Source: a virus
Taxonomy: Duplodnaviria > Caudoviricetes
Reading direction: 5' to 3' (one strand)
DNA: 43,920 nucleotides
Virus record (IMG/VR): IMGVR_UViG_3300015201_000001
Location: 1-43,920 of that record
The notes below the pieces were generated by a model, which was not told where the DNA came from, searched no databases, and saw only the letters and a program-made list of their open reading frames with translations. Shown here one piece after another: positions 34,480 to 43,202 of the stretch (position 1 is the stretch's first letter; every line of letters begins with the position of its first letter). The translations under genes and the position numbers were made by a program.

Positions 34480-34718
34480 CGCGTACGGGTCCTCTCTGGG
34501 ATGGGTGAACGGGTGGCCCCTGCCCAGCGTCCGCGTCCGCGTGCCTGCCGGTGGTGCCATGCCCCCATCCGGGGACCTGTACGGGCCTCCCAGGGCCTCC
34601 GGCCTGACTGGGGTAGCTCGCTGGGGCCAAGATACATCACTCGCCGCAGGGACGCGCTGAGGGCTACCCAGGGTGCCCCGGATAGCCCTCGCGCCGTGAT
34701 CTCTTCTCGATCCCATCT

Positions 34719-34916
34719 GGGCGTCAGTGCAGCAGGCCCTCTCCTAAGAGAGAGAGGGCCCTGCACTCACGGGTACGCCGGTGTTGCATTGACGCTGCAT
34801 TGACGATGCATTAACGCAGGTCAGGGGCTGCACGTACGGTGCACTGACGGTGCACTGACGGGGTGCATTAACGGGTGCATTCACGGGTATTGTCACTGGA
34901 CTACCCATGCACTGAC
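34719..34916. repeat. Phased TGCAYTGAC repeat array plus hairpin (copy 2)
   Basis: 34719-34885 aligns without gaps to 2018-2184 (offset 32701). Confidence 0.85.
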
Positions 34917-34940
34917 GCGATTGCCTGATTTTGCCCCGGT

Positions 34941-35522
34941 TTACCCACGCTGCCGGAGGATGGCCTGGTAGCGGGCTGAGTCCGGGTCGGTGCCGCCGCC
35001 GGACCCACGGTCCGCCGTCTGCCGGGCCGGGGTGCGCCGGGTGGCCGGAGTCGCCGGTGCCTTGCCCCCGAACACCTTGCGCAGGCGCTCGATCCGGTCG
35101 GAGATCTCGTCCTCGTCCGGGTCGCCCGCCGCGTCCACCTCGATGTCCGTCAGGTTCAGGATCTCCAGGACCTCGACCTGGTCAGCCTTGTCCGTGACAC
35201 CGGCGGACGCCAGCAGGGTGCGGGCACTCGCGCGCACCAGCTTGCTGTTGGCCTTGGCCTCCGGGTCCTCCTTCGGCTGCTCCTCGCCCTTGGCCTCCAG
35301 CTCCTTGATCCGGGCCTGGGACTTCCGGAGGGCGTCCTCCCGGCGCCGGGCCGTCCGCTCCAGCTTCTTGTACGCCTCAGCGGTGGGGGCCTCGTCCTCC
35401 TCCTCTTCGTCCTCGTCCTCGGTGCCGCCGGTGCCCGGGTCGGTGCCGGGGTCCGGGGTGTTCTCCGGGTCGGTGCCCGGGTCGGTGCTGGCCGGGTCCT
35501 TGGGGGGTGTCGCCTGGGTCAT
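34941..35522 (-). CDS. Capsid scaffolding protein
   Basis: Acidic low-complexity N-terminus with DPGT repeats, coiled coil, upstream of the capsid gene. Confidence 0.75.
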   Translation of the reverse strand: MTQATPPKDPASTDPGTDPENTPDPGTDPGTGGTEDEDEEEEDEAPTAEAYKKLERTARRREDALRKSQARIKELEAKGEEQPKEDPEAKANSKLVRASARTLLASAGVTDKADQVEVLEILNLTDIEVDAAGDPDEDEISDRIERLRKVFGGKAPATPATRRTPARQTADRGSGGGTDPDSARYQAILRQRG

Positions 35523-36481
35523 CGGGGCCTCCTGGGTAGCCTGCCCGCGCGGACAGCCGCGCGCGCTCGTTGCTCAACACTAGTTGGTAGATCAGCGCCT
35601 TGTCGCAGCAGCCTGTCCATGGCCCGCAGGGTGGCGGCCTGGGAGGCGTGGTCCGTCCACCCCAGTACCACGCTGCGGCGCGCCTCAGCCGCCAGCCTGG
35701 CCGCCGGGTCGGCGCGGGCGCGGTCCCGGCTGGGGGCGCCCACCGGCAGCGCCGTCAGGACCGCCTCACACCGGCAGTTGGGGTGCAGGGGCGGGTAGCC
35801 GACCCGGACCCGCAGGGGCTTGTCCGCGTACGTGAGGCCCTTGGGCAGGTTCGCTCCTGGCCTCCAGACCCAGCCCGCGTGCGCGAGGCAGTGCAGGCAG
35901 GCGTCCCGCTCCGGCACCCAGAGCAGGTTCCGTCCGGCGGCCTTGGCCACCGCGACTTTGCCCCGGGACAGCCCCCCGTAGACCACCGCGCGGGTGGTCC
36001 CCTCCGCCATGGCCTTGGCGCTGGACGCGCGCCCTATGACCGCCATCACGTTGGCCTTGGTGTCCAGGGGGAGGACGCGCGCCAGCCGGGCAGCCTCGTC
36101 CAGCCTGGACCTGGTGGCCATGTCCAGCCGGGGGGACTCCAGGGGTTCACGCGGGAGCTGTCCCGGGGAGGACGCACCCAGCTCTACCAGGGCGCGACTC
36201 ACCCCCAGCTCCTGTCCCCGCGCCCCGTAGGTGCGGACCGCCCCGTCCATGTCGGGCCAGGTCAGCTCCGTCAGCCGCCGGACGGCCGCGCTGGAGATCG
36301 CTGCCGCCGCCAGCCCACCAGCCGCCCCGCCAGCGGCCACGGCCTCGTACGCGGCCAGGATGCTGGCCAGCACCGGCGCCAGGACACCGGCCAGGCCGCC
36401 CACCACGGCCAGCACGGCAGCGTCCTCCAGCTCCGTGACCTCCTGGGCGGGGACCTGGGGCAGATCCTCCGGGGCCGTCAC
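35519..36481 (-). CDS. MuF-like minor capsid protein
   Basis: ACLHC...PPLHPNCRC. Confidence 0.8.
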   Translation of the reverse strand: MTAPEDLPQVPAQEVTELEDAAVLAVVGGLAGVLAPVLASILAAYEAVAAGGAAGGLAAAAISSAAVRRLTELTWPDMDGAVRTYGARGQELGVSRALVELGASSPGQLPREPLESPRLDMATRSRLDEAARLARVLPLDTKANVMAVIGRASSAKAMAEGTTRAVVYGGLSRGKVAVAKAAGRNLLWVPERDACLHCLAHAGWVWRPGANLPKGLTYADKPLRVRVGYPPLHPNCRCEAVLTALPVGAPSRDRARADPAARLAAEARRSVVLGWTDHASQAATLRAMDRLLRQGADLPTSVEQRARAAVRAGRLPRRPR

Positions 36482-36564
36482 CGTGGCCGTCCGAAGGCAT
36501 ACGCCAGCGCACCCACGAGGACGAGGGCCACACCGGTCAGGACCAGGAGCTGGACGAAGGTCAC
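36478..36564 (-). CDS. 28-aa single-TM peptide
   Basis: MTFVQLLVLTGVALVLVGALAYAFGRPR; GTGA overlaps on both sides; AGGAG RBS. Confidence 0.6.
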   Translation of the reverse strand: MTFVQLLVLTGVALVLVGALAYAFGRPR

Positions 36565-36833
36565 GAGCGCTCCTCGCGGATGGCCTTCATCTCTGCGGCC
36601 ACGGCCTCCAGTAGGTGCGGCAGGTCATGCCAGTCCGCCACCCAGCCCACGGTCCGGCTGGTCCCGCCCACGGTCAAGATCACATTGGTGATGGTCGATA
36701 CGTCCTCGGGGACGTCCTCCACCCTGTCCGCCGGTGGGCCCGCGTCCCCCGGGCCGTAGTCGCAGATGGGGCAGATCAACGCCCCGCCGGGGATCATCCC
36801 CCGGCGCTTGCAGCACTCCACGGTGAAGCTCAC
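36561..36833 (-). CDS. Small Cys-containing protein
   Basis: GTGA overlap with portal stop; CC...CPIC. Confidence 0.65.
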   Translation of the reverse strand: MSFTVECCKRRGMIPGGALICPICDYGPGDAGPPADRVEDVPEDVSTITNVILTVGGTSRTVGWVADWHDLPHLLEAVAAEMKAIREERS

Positions 36834-38509
36834 GCGTCCTCCTCGTCCTGCTGCGGGTCGTCCTCGTTGTCCGGCGGGACGGGCGGGGCCGGTGGCTCGA
36901 TCTCCTGGGGCGTCCCCTCCGGGACACCGGCCTGGCCCATGATCTGGTTGACCAGGACGGACACCTGCTCCGCGCTCACCACCCCCAGCGCCTGGGCCGT
37001 GCCGATGCCCTGGAGGGCCGTACCCAGCGCGGTCAGCCGGGCAATGCGCTGGTCCAGCGCGGCCTCCTCGTCCCCCACACTGTTCAGCCAGGTGTCCACC
37101 TCGTCCGGCAGGTAGTTCGCCTCCAGCAGGATCTGCCGCAGGGGGACACCCATCCCTAGCCGGGTCTGCGCCGTCAGCCACCACTCCGGGTCCGTGTTGA
37201 CCTCACCCGGCGCCCACTGCACGGTGATGGACCCGGCCTCCGTGCCGTCCATGGCCAGGGCGGACTGCCACACCTCGCGCCAGAACGCCTCCAGGTACAG
37301 CTTGCGGTCCAGCTCCCTGTCCCGTTGGGGCTTGTCGGCAGCACGCTGGGCTGCCCCGGAGAGGACTTTGTCCGTGGACGGATCGAACTCCGACAGAGCT
37401 GTCCCCGTGGCCGCCGCCATGAGGCGCACGTACTGGTCCACGGGGGACACCATCGCGCTGGGGTCCGGCTGGCTGAACTCACCCACGGCCTTGGTGCCGG
37501 TGTACTGGTGCTCCTTGCCGCCGCCGGACCCGGACCCGGCCCGGTTGTTCCGGCGCCGGGTGGTGGCCGCCGGTGCGTCCGCGTCGTCGTCCCAGTCCAC
37601 CGCGTTGCGGGCCTGGTCCAGGACAGCCTGGTCATCGACCAGGGACCAGCGGTCCGGCCAGCCGTACGCCTCGATGCTGTTGACCTGGGTGATGAGCAGC
37701 TTGTTGACCGCGTCCTGGGGGCCGTAGGAGTCGATGTGCTCCGGCACGCCGTAGGGCATGTCCGTCCGGGCGTGCTTGATCGGCAGGTCCCAGTCATGGA
37801 ACACCGGCCAGGTGTCCCCCACGATGGCGGGGACCATGCGGCCGGACGAGTCCTCCGCGTAGGGCTGCCAATCGTCCACGTCGTGGCCATCGCTGCCGGG
37901 GGTGGTCACCCAGTCCTCGATGCGGGCCGGGTCCCCCGGATACCACACCTCCGCGCGCCACACCTTGCCCAGGGTCCACTCCTCCACCCACCGGCGGATG
38001 GCGAACCGGGCGCGGCGGCCGTCCTCGCCCTCGTACATGATCCGCGTGTTCAGGGGGGACAGGTAGCTGATCTCCACCCCGGCCTCGCGCAGCTCCGGGT
38101 CCGGCGGGACGTCGGACTCCGGCCCGATGTCCAGGCCGTCCAGGTCCTCCTGCTCCGGCAGCACCGGCCAGGTCATCACGTACGCGTCCCCGTAGATGAA
38201 CGTCTTGCGGTGGATCAACGGCTCCAGCCGGGTCATGTCGTTGGCCTGGCGGATCACGTCGATGCGCGCGGTGGCCTCCTCCCGATCGGAGGTCACGGCC
38301 GCGATGCGTACGCGCGAGGTCATGCTGTTGACGGGCCGGTGAGACAGCCGGAAGCGGTACTCCCCGGACCCGCGCACCAGGCGCTCGATGTGCTGGTTGG
38401 CGAAACGCTCCACCGGCGTGCCGGAGAAGTAGGTGGCCGCCAGCCGGTAGGCGTCACCCGCCGCGTTGAGGGCCAGGTGGCCTTCCAGGAGATCCTTGCT
38501 ACCGGGCAT
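36830..38509 (-). CDS. Portal protein (SPP1 gp6-like)
   Basis: 559 aa after the terminase; IYGDAYV, YG.PE, LSGAA; acidic tail. Confidence 0.85.
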   Translation of the reverse strand: MPGSKDLLEGHLALNAAGDAYRLAATYFSGTPVERFANQHIERLVRGSGEYRFRLSHRPVNSMTSRVRIAAVTSDREEATARIDVIRQANDMTRLEPLIHRKTFIYGDAYVMTWPVLPEQEDLDGLDIGPESDVPPDPELREAGVEISYLSPLNTRIMYEGEDGRRARFAIRRWVEEWTLGKVWRAEVWYPGDPARIEDWVTTPGSDGHDVDDWQPYAEDSSGRMVPAIVGDTWPVFHDWDLPIKHARTDMPYGVPEHIDSYGPQDAVNKLLITQVNSIEAYGWPDRWSLVDDQAVLDQARNAVDWDDDADAPAATTRRRNNRAGSGSGGGKEHQYTGTKAVGEFSQPDPSAMVSPVDQYVRLMAAATGTALSEFDPSTDKVLSGAAQRAADKPQRDRELDRKLYLEAFWREVWQSALAMDGTEAGSITVQWAPGEVNTDPEWWLTAQTRLGMGVPLRQILLEANYLPDEVDTWLNSVGDEEAALDQRIARLTALGTALQGIGTAQALGVVSAEQVSVLVNQIMGQAGVPEGTPQEIEPPAPPVPPDNEDDPQQDEEDA

Positions 38510-38542
38510 GTGTGGGCCTCCCAGGGCCTAGGCGGGTCAGGG

Positions 38543-40081
38543 TCATGATCCCACGTAGCTGCTGGCGGCAGACGCGGCGGTCAGCTTGCGCTCCGTGCGC
38601 AGGAAGTACAGCACCCCTGAGACTACGGCGTCCGCCATGTCATCGTGGGGTGCCTTCGGGAAGGCCACCATCTGCTCCTGGACGGCCCGCAGCTCCTCAC
38701 GGTGCAGGACCCGGCCCCCGCCCGTCTGGTAGAAGTCCAGGGCCCAGGAGAAGCGGACCTCCTTGGACTCGCTGGAGGTGTGCACCAGCAGGCGCACCGG
38801 CATGGAGTGGAAGACCGTATACCACAGGTCCCCGCCCTGGTTGACCTCGACCCGCAGGGCCTTGATCTTCGGCCACTCGATGCACTTGGCCAGCACCCAC
38901 CGGCGCAGGTCCTCGCCCACCTTCTTGATCTGCCCGGCGTCCACCACCTCGACGCGCGGGGGGATGCCCTTGGCCGGGTCGCCCGGGTCGCACGCGACCA
39001 CGGCCCAGCCCGTCCAGTCACTCTTCTGCTTCGTGGTGACCGCCGGGTCCAGGCACAGCATCCAGCGGGTGGCCTTGCTGCCCAGGCTGCCGTACTGGAA
39101 GTCATCGCGGGTCCAGTAGGCGCCGGAGATACCCATCGGGTCGTTGTCGTAGTTCTTGGCGTATGAGCGGGTGTGCCTGAACTCCAGCAGCCAGGAGAGT
39201 GGCCATTTGGCGGGCCACACGGAGTGCTCCGCGCCATCGTCATCCACGGTGATCGGCCGGTAGTGATGCGCCGTGACCTTCTCGTCCTTGATCCAGTCGG
39301 CCACCTCGCGCCCCTGGGCAGCCTTGACCAGTTGATGCATGATGCTGCCGGGCATCGTCACCGTGCCGACCATGGCCACGGCCGCGTAGATGTTGAGCGG
39401 GAAGGCCGCGTCCGTCACGGTGCGCAGGCGCTTCGCGGCCAGCTCCTCGCTGTAGCTGGACTCATCGCCCTCGATGTCATCGAAGATCAACAGGTCCGGC
39501 CGCCGCTCCTGCACCTTCAGGCCCAGGGTCTTGGCGTCCATGCCGCGCGCGGCGAACACCAGCCCGGACTTCTGGTGGATCATGCCCGCGCGGTCCGCGA
39601 GGGTGCCGCCGGTGACCTTGCGGGCAGGCTCGCACAGCTCCGGGAAGTCGGCACGGAGCAGGGGGTTGCGCTCCAGCTCCTCCTTGAAGGTGCGCAGGTG
39701 CGTCTCCGCCTGGGCGGACGCGTCGGCAAACGCCACGATGAAGGACTTGATCCGGTTGGCCGCCGCCCACAACGGCAAGATCAGGAACCACCAGGTGCTC
39801 TTGCCCGTCTCGCGCGGCGCGATGAAGGCGTGACGGTTCTCCTGGGGCGCCACGATGGGGGCCTGCCAGGCAAGGGCCAGGCGCGCCCAGTCGTAGTGGA
39901 TCTCCGAGAAGGTGATCCGCTTGTCCCGGTCGCGGATGTGGTGCGGCAGGTAGATCAACGCGAACGCCACCGGGTCCTTGGCCAGGGCGCGCCGGATCGA
40001 GCGCTGCGCCGTGGCGGGCTGGTGGGTGAGCAGGGCCAGCTCCGTGTTGAGCCTGTCGTGCCAGCCCTGGTCCCATCGCAT
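38543..40081 (-). CDS. Terminase large subunit
   Basis: APRETGKST, RPDLLIFDDIE, LDPA...SDWTG, FPKAPHDDMADA. Confidence 0.92.
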   Translation of the reverse strand: MRWDQGWHDRLNTELALLTHQPATAQRSIRRALAKDPVAFALIYLPHHIRDRDKRITFSEIHYDWARLALAWQAPIVAPQENRHAFIAPRETGKSTWWFLILPLWAAANRIKSFIVAFADASAQAETHLRTFKEELERNPLLRADFPELCEPARKVTGGTLADRAGMIHQKSGLVFAARGMDAKTLGLKVQERRPDLLIFDDIEGDESSYSEELAAKRLRTVTDAAFPLNIYAAVAMVGTVTMPGSIMHQLVKAAQGREVADWIKDEKVTAHHYRPITVDDDGAEHSVWPAKWPLSWLLEFRHTRSYAKNYDNDPMGISGAYWTRDDFQYGSLGSKATRWMLCLDPAVTTKQKSDWTGWAVVACDPGDPAKGIPPRVEVVDAGQIKKVGEDLRRWVLAKCIEWPKIKALRVEVNQGGDLWYTVFHSMPVRLLVHTSSESKEVRFSWALDFYQTGGGRVLHREELRAVQEQMVAFPKAPHDDMADAVVSGVLYFLRTERKLTAASAASSYVGS

Positions 40082-40090
40082 CTGTTGATC

Positions 40091-40483
40091 CTACTCGACG
40101 GCGCTCCAGGCCAGCTCACCGCGAGCGGCCCGCCACTCGTCATCGGTCATCTTGCGGTGGGTGCCGCGCCCCGCAGGCTTGCCGATCGGCGTACGGCCCT
40201 TGAGCGCGCCCCCGTAGGTCTTGGAGACCTCGACCGCCAGCGCCTCAGCGTGGAGCTGGTGGGTGCCGTAGTGGCAGTGCGTGGAGGTGGAGCAGCCCCG
40301 GCGCTTCAGGCACGGCGTCCGCTCGCAGATGCAGGCGGGCAGCGTCGCCCGGTAGCCGGTGGTGGTGGTGACCTCGTAGCGGAGGACGTCCGCCACGTTC
40401 AGCCCCACGGTGACCTCGACCAGGGCCACGGTCGCGCCCCGGACCTCGATGGTCTTGACCTCGCGTCGCTTCTCGTTGCTCAT
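40091..40483 (-). CDS. Hypothetical protein (likely leaderless)
   Basis: ATG 6 nt after the -10 TAGACT; Cys cluster. Confidence 0.7.
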   Translation of the reverse strand: MSNEKRREVKTIEVRGATVALVEVTVGLNVADVLRYEVTTTTGYRATLPACICERTPCLKRRGCSTSTHCHYGTHQLHAEALAVEVSKTYGGALKGRTPIGKPAGRGTHRKMTDDEWRAARGELAWSAVE

Positions 40484-40489
40484 GGTATG

Positions 40490-40522
40490 AGTCTACCCCC
40501 GGCCCGTTGGTGCGTCAACAGG
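40490..40522 (-). promoter_or_regulatory. Promoter with operator
   Basis: TTGACG-17-TAGACT; CCTGTTGA-CGCA-CCAACGGG. Confidence 0.8.
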
Positions 40523-40537
40523 TGAGGGGGGTGGATC

Positions 40538-40768
40538 TCAAGGGATCGAGTAGAAGGACTGGCTGGTCAGCGTCTCCCCGGCCAGCGGCCCGGCGGGCAT
40601 GACGAAGTCCCCGTAGCGCACGGTCAGCAGCCCCTTGCGCACCAGGGCGCCCAGCGCGTCCACGCGGGCGCCTGCGGTCCGCGCGGCGTACTCGCTGACC
40701 TCGCCGGTGGCGGCCAGCGCCTGCACGATGCTGAGGGTCTTGGACTGGAGGGCCGTTGTTGTTGTCAT
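40538..40768 (-). CDS. Hypothetical protein (likely leaderless, winged-helix-like size)
   Basis: ATG 6 nt after TAGACT. Confidence 0.7.
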   Translation of the reverse strand: MTTTTALQSKTLSIVQALAATGEVSEYAARTAGARVDALGALVRKGLLTVRYGDFVMPAGPLAGETLTSQSFYSIP

Positions 40769-40774
40769 ACCACG

Positions 40775-40816
40775 AGTCTAGCCCCTCACCCGTTGGTGCG
40801 TCAACAGGTGAGAGGC
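40775..40816 (-). promoter_or_regulatory. Promoter with operator in an inverted repeat
   Basis: TTGACG-18-TAGACT; CCTGTTGA-CGCA-CCAACGGG. Confidence 0.8.
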
Positions 40817-40823
40817 GGGAAGT

Positions 40824-41066
40824 TCAGCCGATCCGGTAGCTGCCCAGGCTCCGGCGGTTGATGATCAGGTCCTGGTCCCGGGCCTTGTCGCCCAGCTCCC
40901 GGACGGTGATCGAGAGCGGGGAGCCGTTCAGCCCGGTCAGGCTGACCACCCGGCAGTCCGGGAGCCAGGAGCACTTGGGGTCCTTGAGGACGGTGCCGAT
41001 CTCCAGCAGCTCGTTGATGGCGGCGGCGGCGGGGGACATCTTCGGGGCCTTCTTCGTCGTTGTCAT
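40824..41066 (-). CDS. Hypothetical protein (likely leaderless)
   Basis: ATG 6 nt after TAGACT. Confidence 0.7.
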   Translation of the reverse strand: MTTTKKAPKMSPAAAAINELLEIGTVLKDPKCSWLPDCRVVSLTGLNGSPLSITVRELGDKARDQDLIINRRSLGSYRIG

Positions 41067-41072
41067 ACCATG

Positions 41073-41115
41073 AGTCTAGCCCAGACCTGTCGATGCGTCA
41101 ACAGGTCTGGGCTAG
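41073..41115 (-). promoter_or_regulatory. Promoter with operator in an 18-bp inverted repeat
   Basis: TTGACG-17-TAGACT; CTAGCCCAGACCTGTTGA-CGCA-TCGACAGGTCTGGGCTAG. Confidence 0.8.
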
Positions 41116-41121
41116 GCAATC

Positions 41122-41298
41122 TCAGAAGGTCCGGCTGGGCCGGGTGCGGGTGGAGCTGGGGCGGGGGGTGATGGCGGAGCGCTTGCCCCGGCCAGCCGCC
41201 TGGGCGGCCTGCGCCTGGTTGACGTTCTGGGCGCGAGTGGCCGCCCGGTTCGCCATGCCAGCAGTCTCGGTGCTGCGGCCTCGTCCGAACAGGTTCAT
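41122..41298 (-). CDS. Small basic hypothetical protein
   Basis: 58 aa, GGAGG RBS; below the ORF-track length cutoff. Confidence 0.6.
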   Translation of the reverse strand: MNLFGRGRSTETAGMANRAATRAQNVNQAQAAQAAGRGKRSAITPRPSSTRTRPSRTF

Positions 41299-41301
41299 GG
41301 T

Positions 41302-41442
41302 CTACCTCCAGATAGGGAGCATGTAGCAGACGTCCAGGACCGGGTCCGCCCGGTACTCGACCGTGACGGGCTTGCCCCGCCGGACCAGACCCGGGACCCG
41401 GACGTAAAGCCTGATGTCCAGGATCTTGGACGCGTCCTGCAT
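41302..41442 (-). CDS. Small hypothetical protein
   Basis: 46 aa, AAGGAG RBS. Confidence 0.6.
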   Translation of the reverse strand: MQDASKILDIRLYVRVPGLVRRGKPVTVEYRADPVLDVCYMLPIWR

Positions 41443-41485
41443 GTCTGCTCCTTCGCTCCGGGGGCCGGTTGCCCCTCTGCCCTGA

Positions 41486-41576
41486 ACACTACGGGGCAGC
41501 GAGTGACCTGTCAACAGCTACAGCGTGCACCATCTGAAACAGAGCTGTTGACGCACCGACAGGTGTGCGCTAGACT
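41486..41576. promoter_or_regulatory. Divergent promoter pair
   Basis: - TTGACA(41514)-17-TAGTGT(41491); + TTGACG(41548)-17-TAGACT(41571) with operator 41544-41563. Confidence 0.78.
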
Positions 41577-41623
41577 TGAGGCAGAGCGGGGGAGCAGCCC
41601 CCGCCGGAGACCAGGAGGTCCCA

Positions 41624-41788
41624 ATGACCAAGGCCCAGAAGATCGAGGACCTGAAGGCCATGATCGAGGCGGACGCCCAGCACCTGGCCAACGCCCTGGC
41701 CACCGGCCACCGCGTCCAGGCCCACGGCTTCGTGGACGCGATCATCGACAACACCCGCCTGCTGGAGGACATCCAGCGCGGCGAGTGA
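41624..41788 (+). CDS. Small hypothetical protein
   Basis: AGGAGG RBS, own promoter and terminator; only + strand gene in the late arm. Confidence 0.75.
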   Translation: MTKAQKIEDLKAMIEADAQHLANALATGHRVQAHGFVDAIIDNTRLLEDIQRGE

Positions 41789-41793
41789 TCAAC

Positions 41794-41825
41794 GAGAAGG
41801 CCCCCGCTCCGGCGGGGGCCTTCTC
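41794..41825. terminator. Bidirectional terminator
   Basis: GAGAAGGCCCCCGC-TCCG-GCGGGGGCCTTCTC. Confidence 0.85.
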
Positions 41826-41850
41826 TTCGTGCGTCCGTGAGAGCGCTCTC

Positions 41851-42012
41851 TCAGCGCCTCCTCCGCCTGGCCTTGCCCTTCTTGATCTTCCGCTTGCCGC
41901 GCACCTGGGCGTTGCTGATGCGGGCCGCCTTGGTCTTGCTGTAGCCCTTGCGCTTCAGCGCCTCGTACACGCGGGGGTTCTTGATCGACTTGCCGTGACT
42001 GTGCCCCGGCAT
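41851..42012 (-). CDS. Small basic putative DNA-binding protein
   Basis: SIKNPRVYEALKRKGYSKTKAARISN, Lys/Arg tail; GGAGG RBS. Confidence 0.7.
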   Translation of the reverse strand: MPGHSHGKSIKNPRVYEALKRKGYSKTKAARISNAQVRGKRKIKKGKARRRRR

Positions 42013-42014
42013 CG

Positions 42015-42518
42015 TCAGCCCTCCTCACCGGCCACCCGGCGGGCAGCCTCCTCCGCCAGCATCCGCGACGCGGCATCCTCAGCGCCAGTCACAGACACGT
42101 CCAGGCCCTTGGCCGCGTCCAGGCCCACCAGGCGCCGGACCGACTCATTGACGCTCAGCACGCCCTTCAGGGCGTTCAGCCGCAGGCTGTAGTCCCGGAC
42201 CACGCTCTGGTCCTCCGGGTCGTACAGCACGTCCCCGTCCTTGCCCGCCGTCACCGGCGCGCCCACCATGCGCATCAGCTCCACGGCCGTGGTCTGTAGC
42301 TCGCGCAGCACCTCCAGGCTGTCCTGGACCAGCTCCTCCCGGTTGCGGTCCGGGATGGTGGAGCGCACCTGGGCGATGATCTCCGACACGCGCTGTTGGC
42401 TGATGCGGTGCTCGTGCGCCACGTCCTCCTGGGTCCGGCCGTCAATGATGTGCTGGCGCCAGATCAGCCCGTTGCGGCCGGAGAGGCGCGGGTCCTCGTT
42501 CTCACCGATCATGATCAA
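42015..42518 (-). CDS. HTH protein, probable terminase small subunit
   Basis: TQEDVAHEHRISQQRVSEI HTH; RRLVGLDA C-terminal motif; upstream of TerL. Confidence 0.65.
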   Translation of the reverse strand: MIMIGENEDPRLSGRNGLIWRQHIIDGRTQEDVAHEHRISQQRVSEIIAQVRSTIPDRNREELVQDSLEVLRELQTTAVELMRMVGAPVTAGKDGDVLYDPEDQSVVRDYSLRLNALKGVLSVNESVRRLVGLDAAKGLDVSVTGAEDAASRMLAEEAARRVAGEEG

Positions 42519-42540
42519 CTCCTACCGCTGTTGACAGGGA

Positions 42541-42574
42541 CAGGCCCCCGCCACCTGATGGTAGCGGGGGCCTG
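42541..42574 (-). terminator. Hairpin / terminator
   Basis: CAGGCCCCCGC/GCGGGGGCCTG. Confidence 0.65.
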
Positions 42575-42597
42575 CTGAGCTGACCGCTGACGGCCGA

Positions 42598-43200
42598 TCA
42601 GTACGTGGGGCGTGCCTCAGGGTCCGGCCAGTCCGCCAGCCGCTCCTGGGGCTTCTCAGCGGGCTGAGGCAGCCGGATGGTGTCACCCTGCTCTCCGAGG
42701 ACCGCCCGGACCTGCCCGCGCTGAGCCTCCCGCGCCAGCCCAGCCTCCACGGCCTCCGCGTCCATGCCCAGCTCCATGATCATGCGGACCAGGTGCCGGG
42801 TCACGCCCCCGCCGTAGCCCAGGCGGACCTCCACCGGCTGGCCCAGGTCCCCGCCCTCCAGCCAGCCCACCGGCAGCTTGATCACGACGTACGGCCCGTG
42901 ACCCAGGACAGCCGCCAGCTTCTCCTTCTCTGCCGTGACCTCCGCCAGCGCCCTGCGCAGCACCCGGACGTGGCCCTCGTGCACACCGGCGGGCACCGGC
43001 CGCCGGATATAGCCACTCTCCCCCAGGGCCTCCGTGTGCACCCCATCGCGCTGGTGGGCAGGCTCCGGCGCCGGGTCCACGTACAGCTCCGGGTGCTCGT
43101 AGCGCCCCTCCAGGGGTGATCCGCCGTGGCCCTCGTCATCAGGCTCACTGTTGACTCGCCCCGTGGGCTGATAGTCGTTTGACCTGTTCAGGTAGCTCAT
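42598..43200 (-). CDS. Hypothetical protein
   Basis: AAGGAGG RBS, 200 aa. Confidence 0.7.
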   Translation of the reverse strand: MSYLNRSNDYQPTGRVNSEPDDEGHGGSPLEGRYEHPELYVDPAPEPAHQRDGVHTEALGESGYIRRPVPAGVHEGHVRVLRRALAEVTAEKEKLAAVLGHGPYVVIKLPVGWLEGGDLGQPVEVRLGYGGGVTRHLVRMIMELGMDAEAVEAGLAREAQRGQVRAVLGEQGDTIRLPQPAEKPQERLADWPDPEARPTY

Positions 43201-43202
43201 GG

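Noticed and set aside
35440-35500. Short tandem DNA repeats as a separate element
   Set aside because: They simply encode DPGT repeats in the low-complexity scaffold N-terminus.
42531-42560. Rightward promoter at TTGACA 42531
   Set aside because: No matching -10 at 17-18 nt and no + strand gene downstream; at most an operator half-site.
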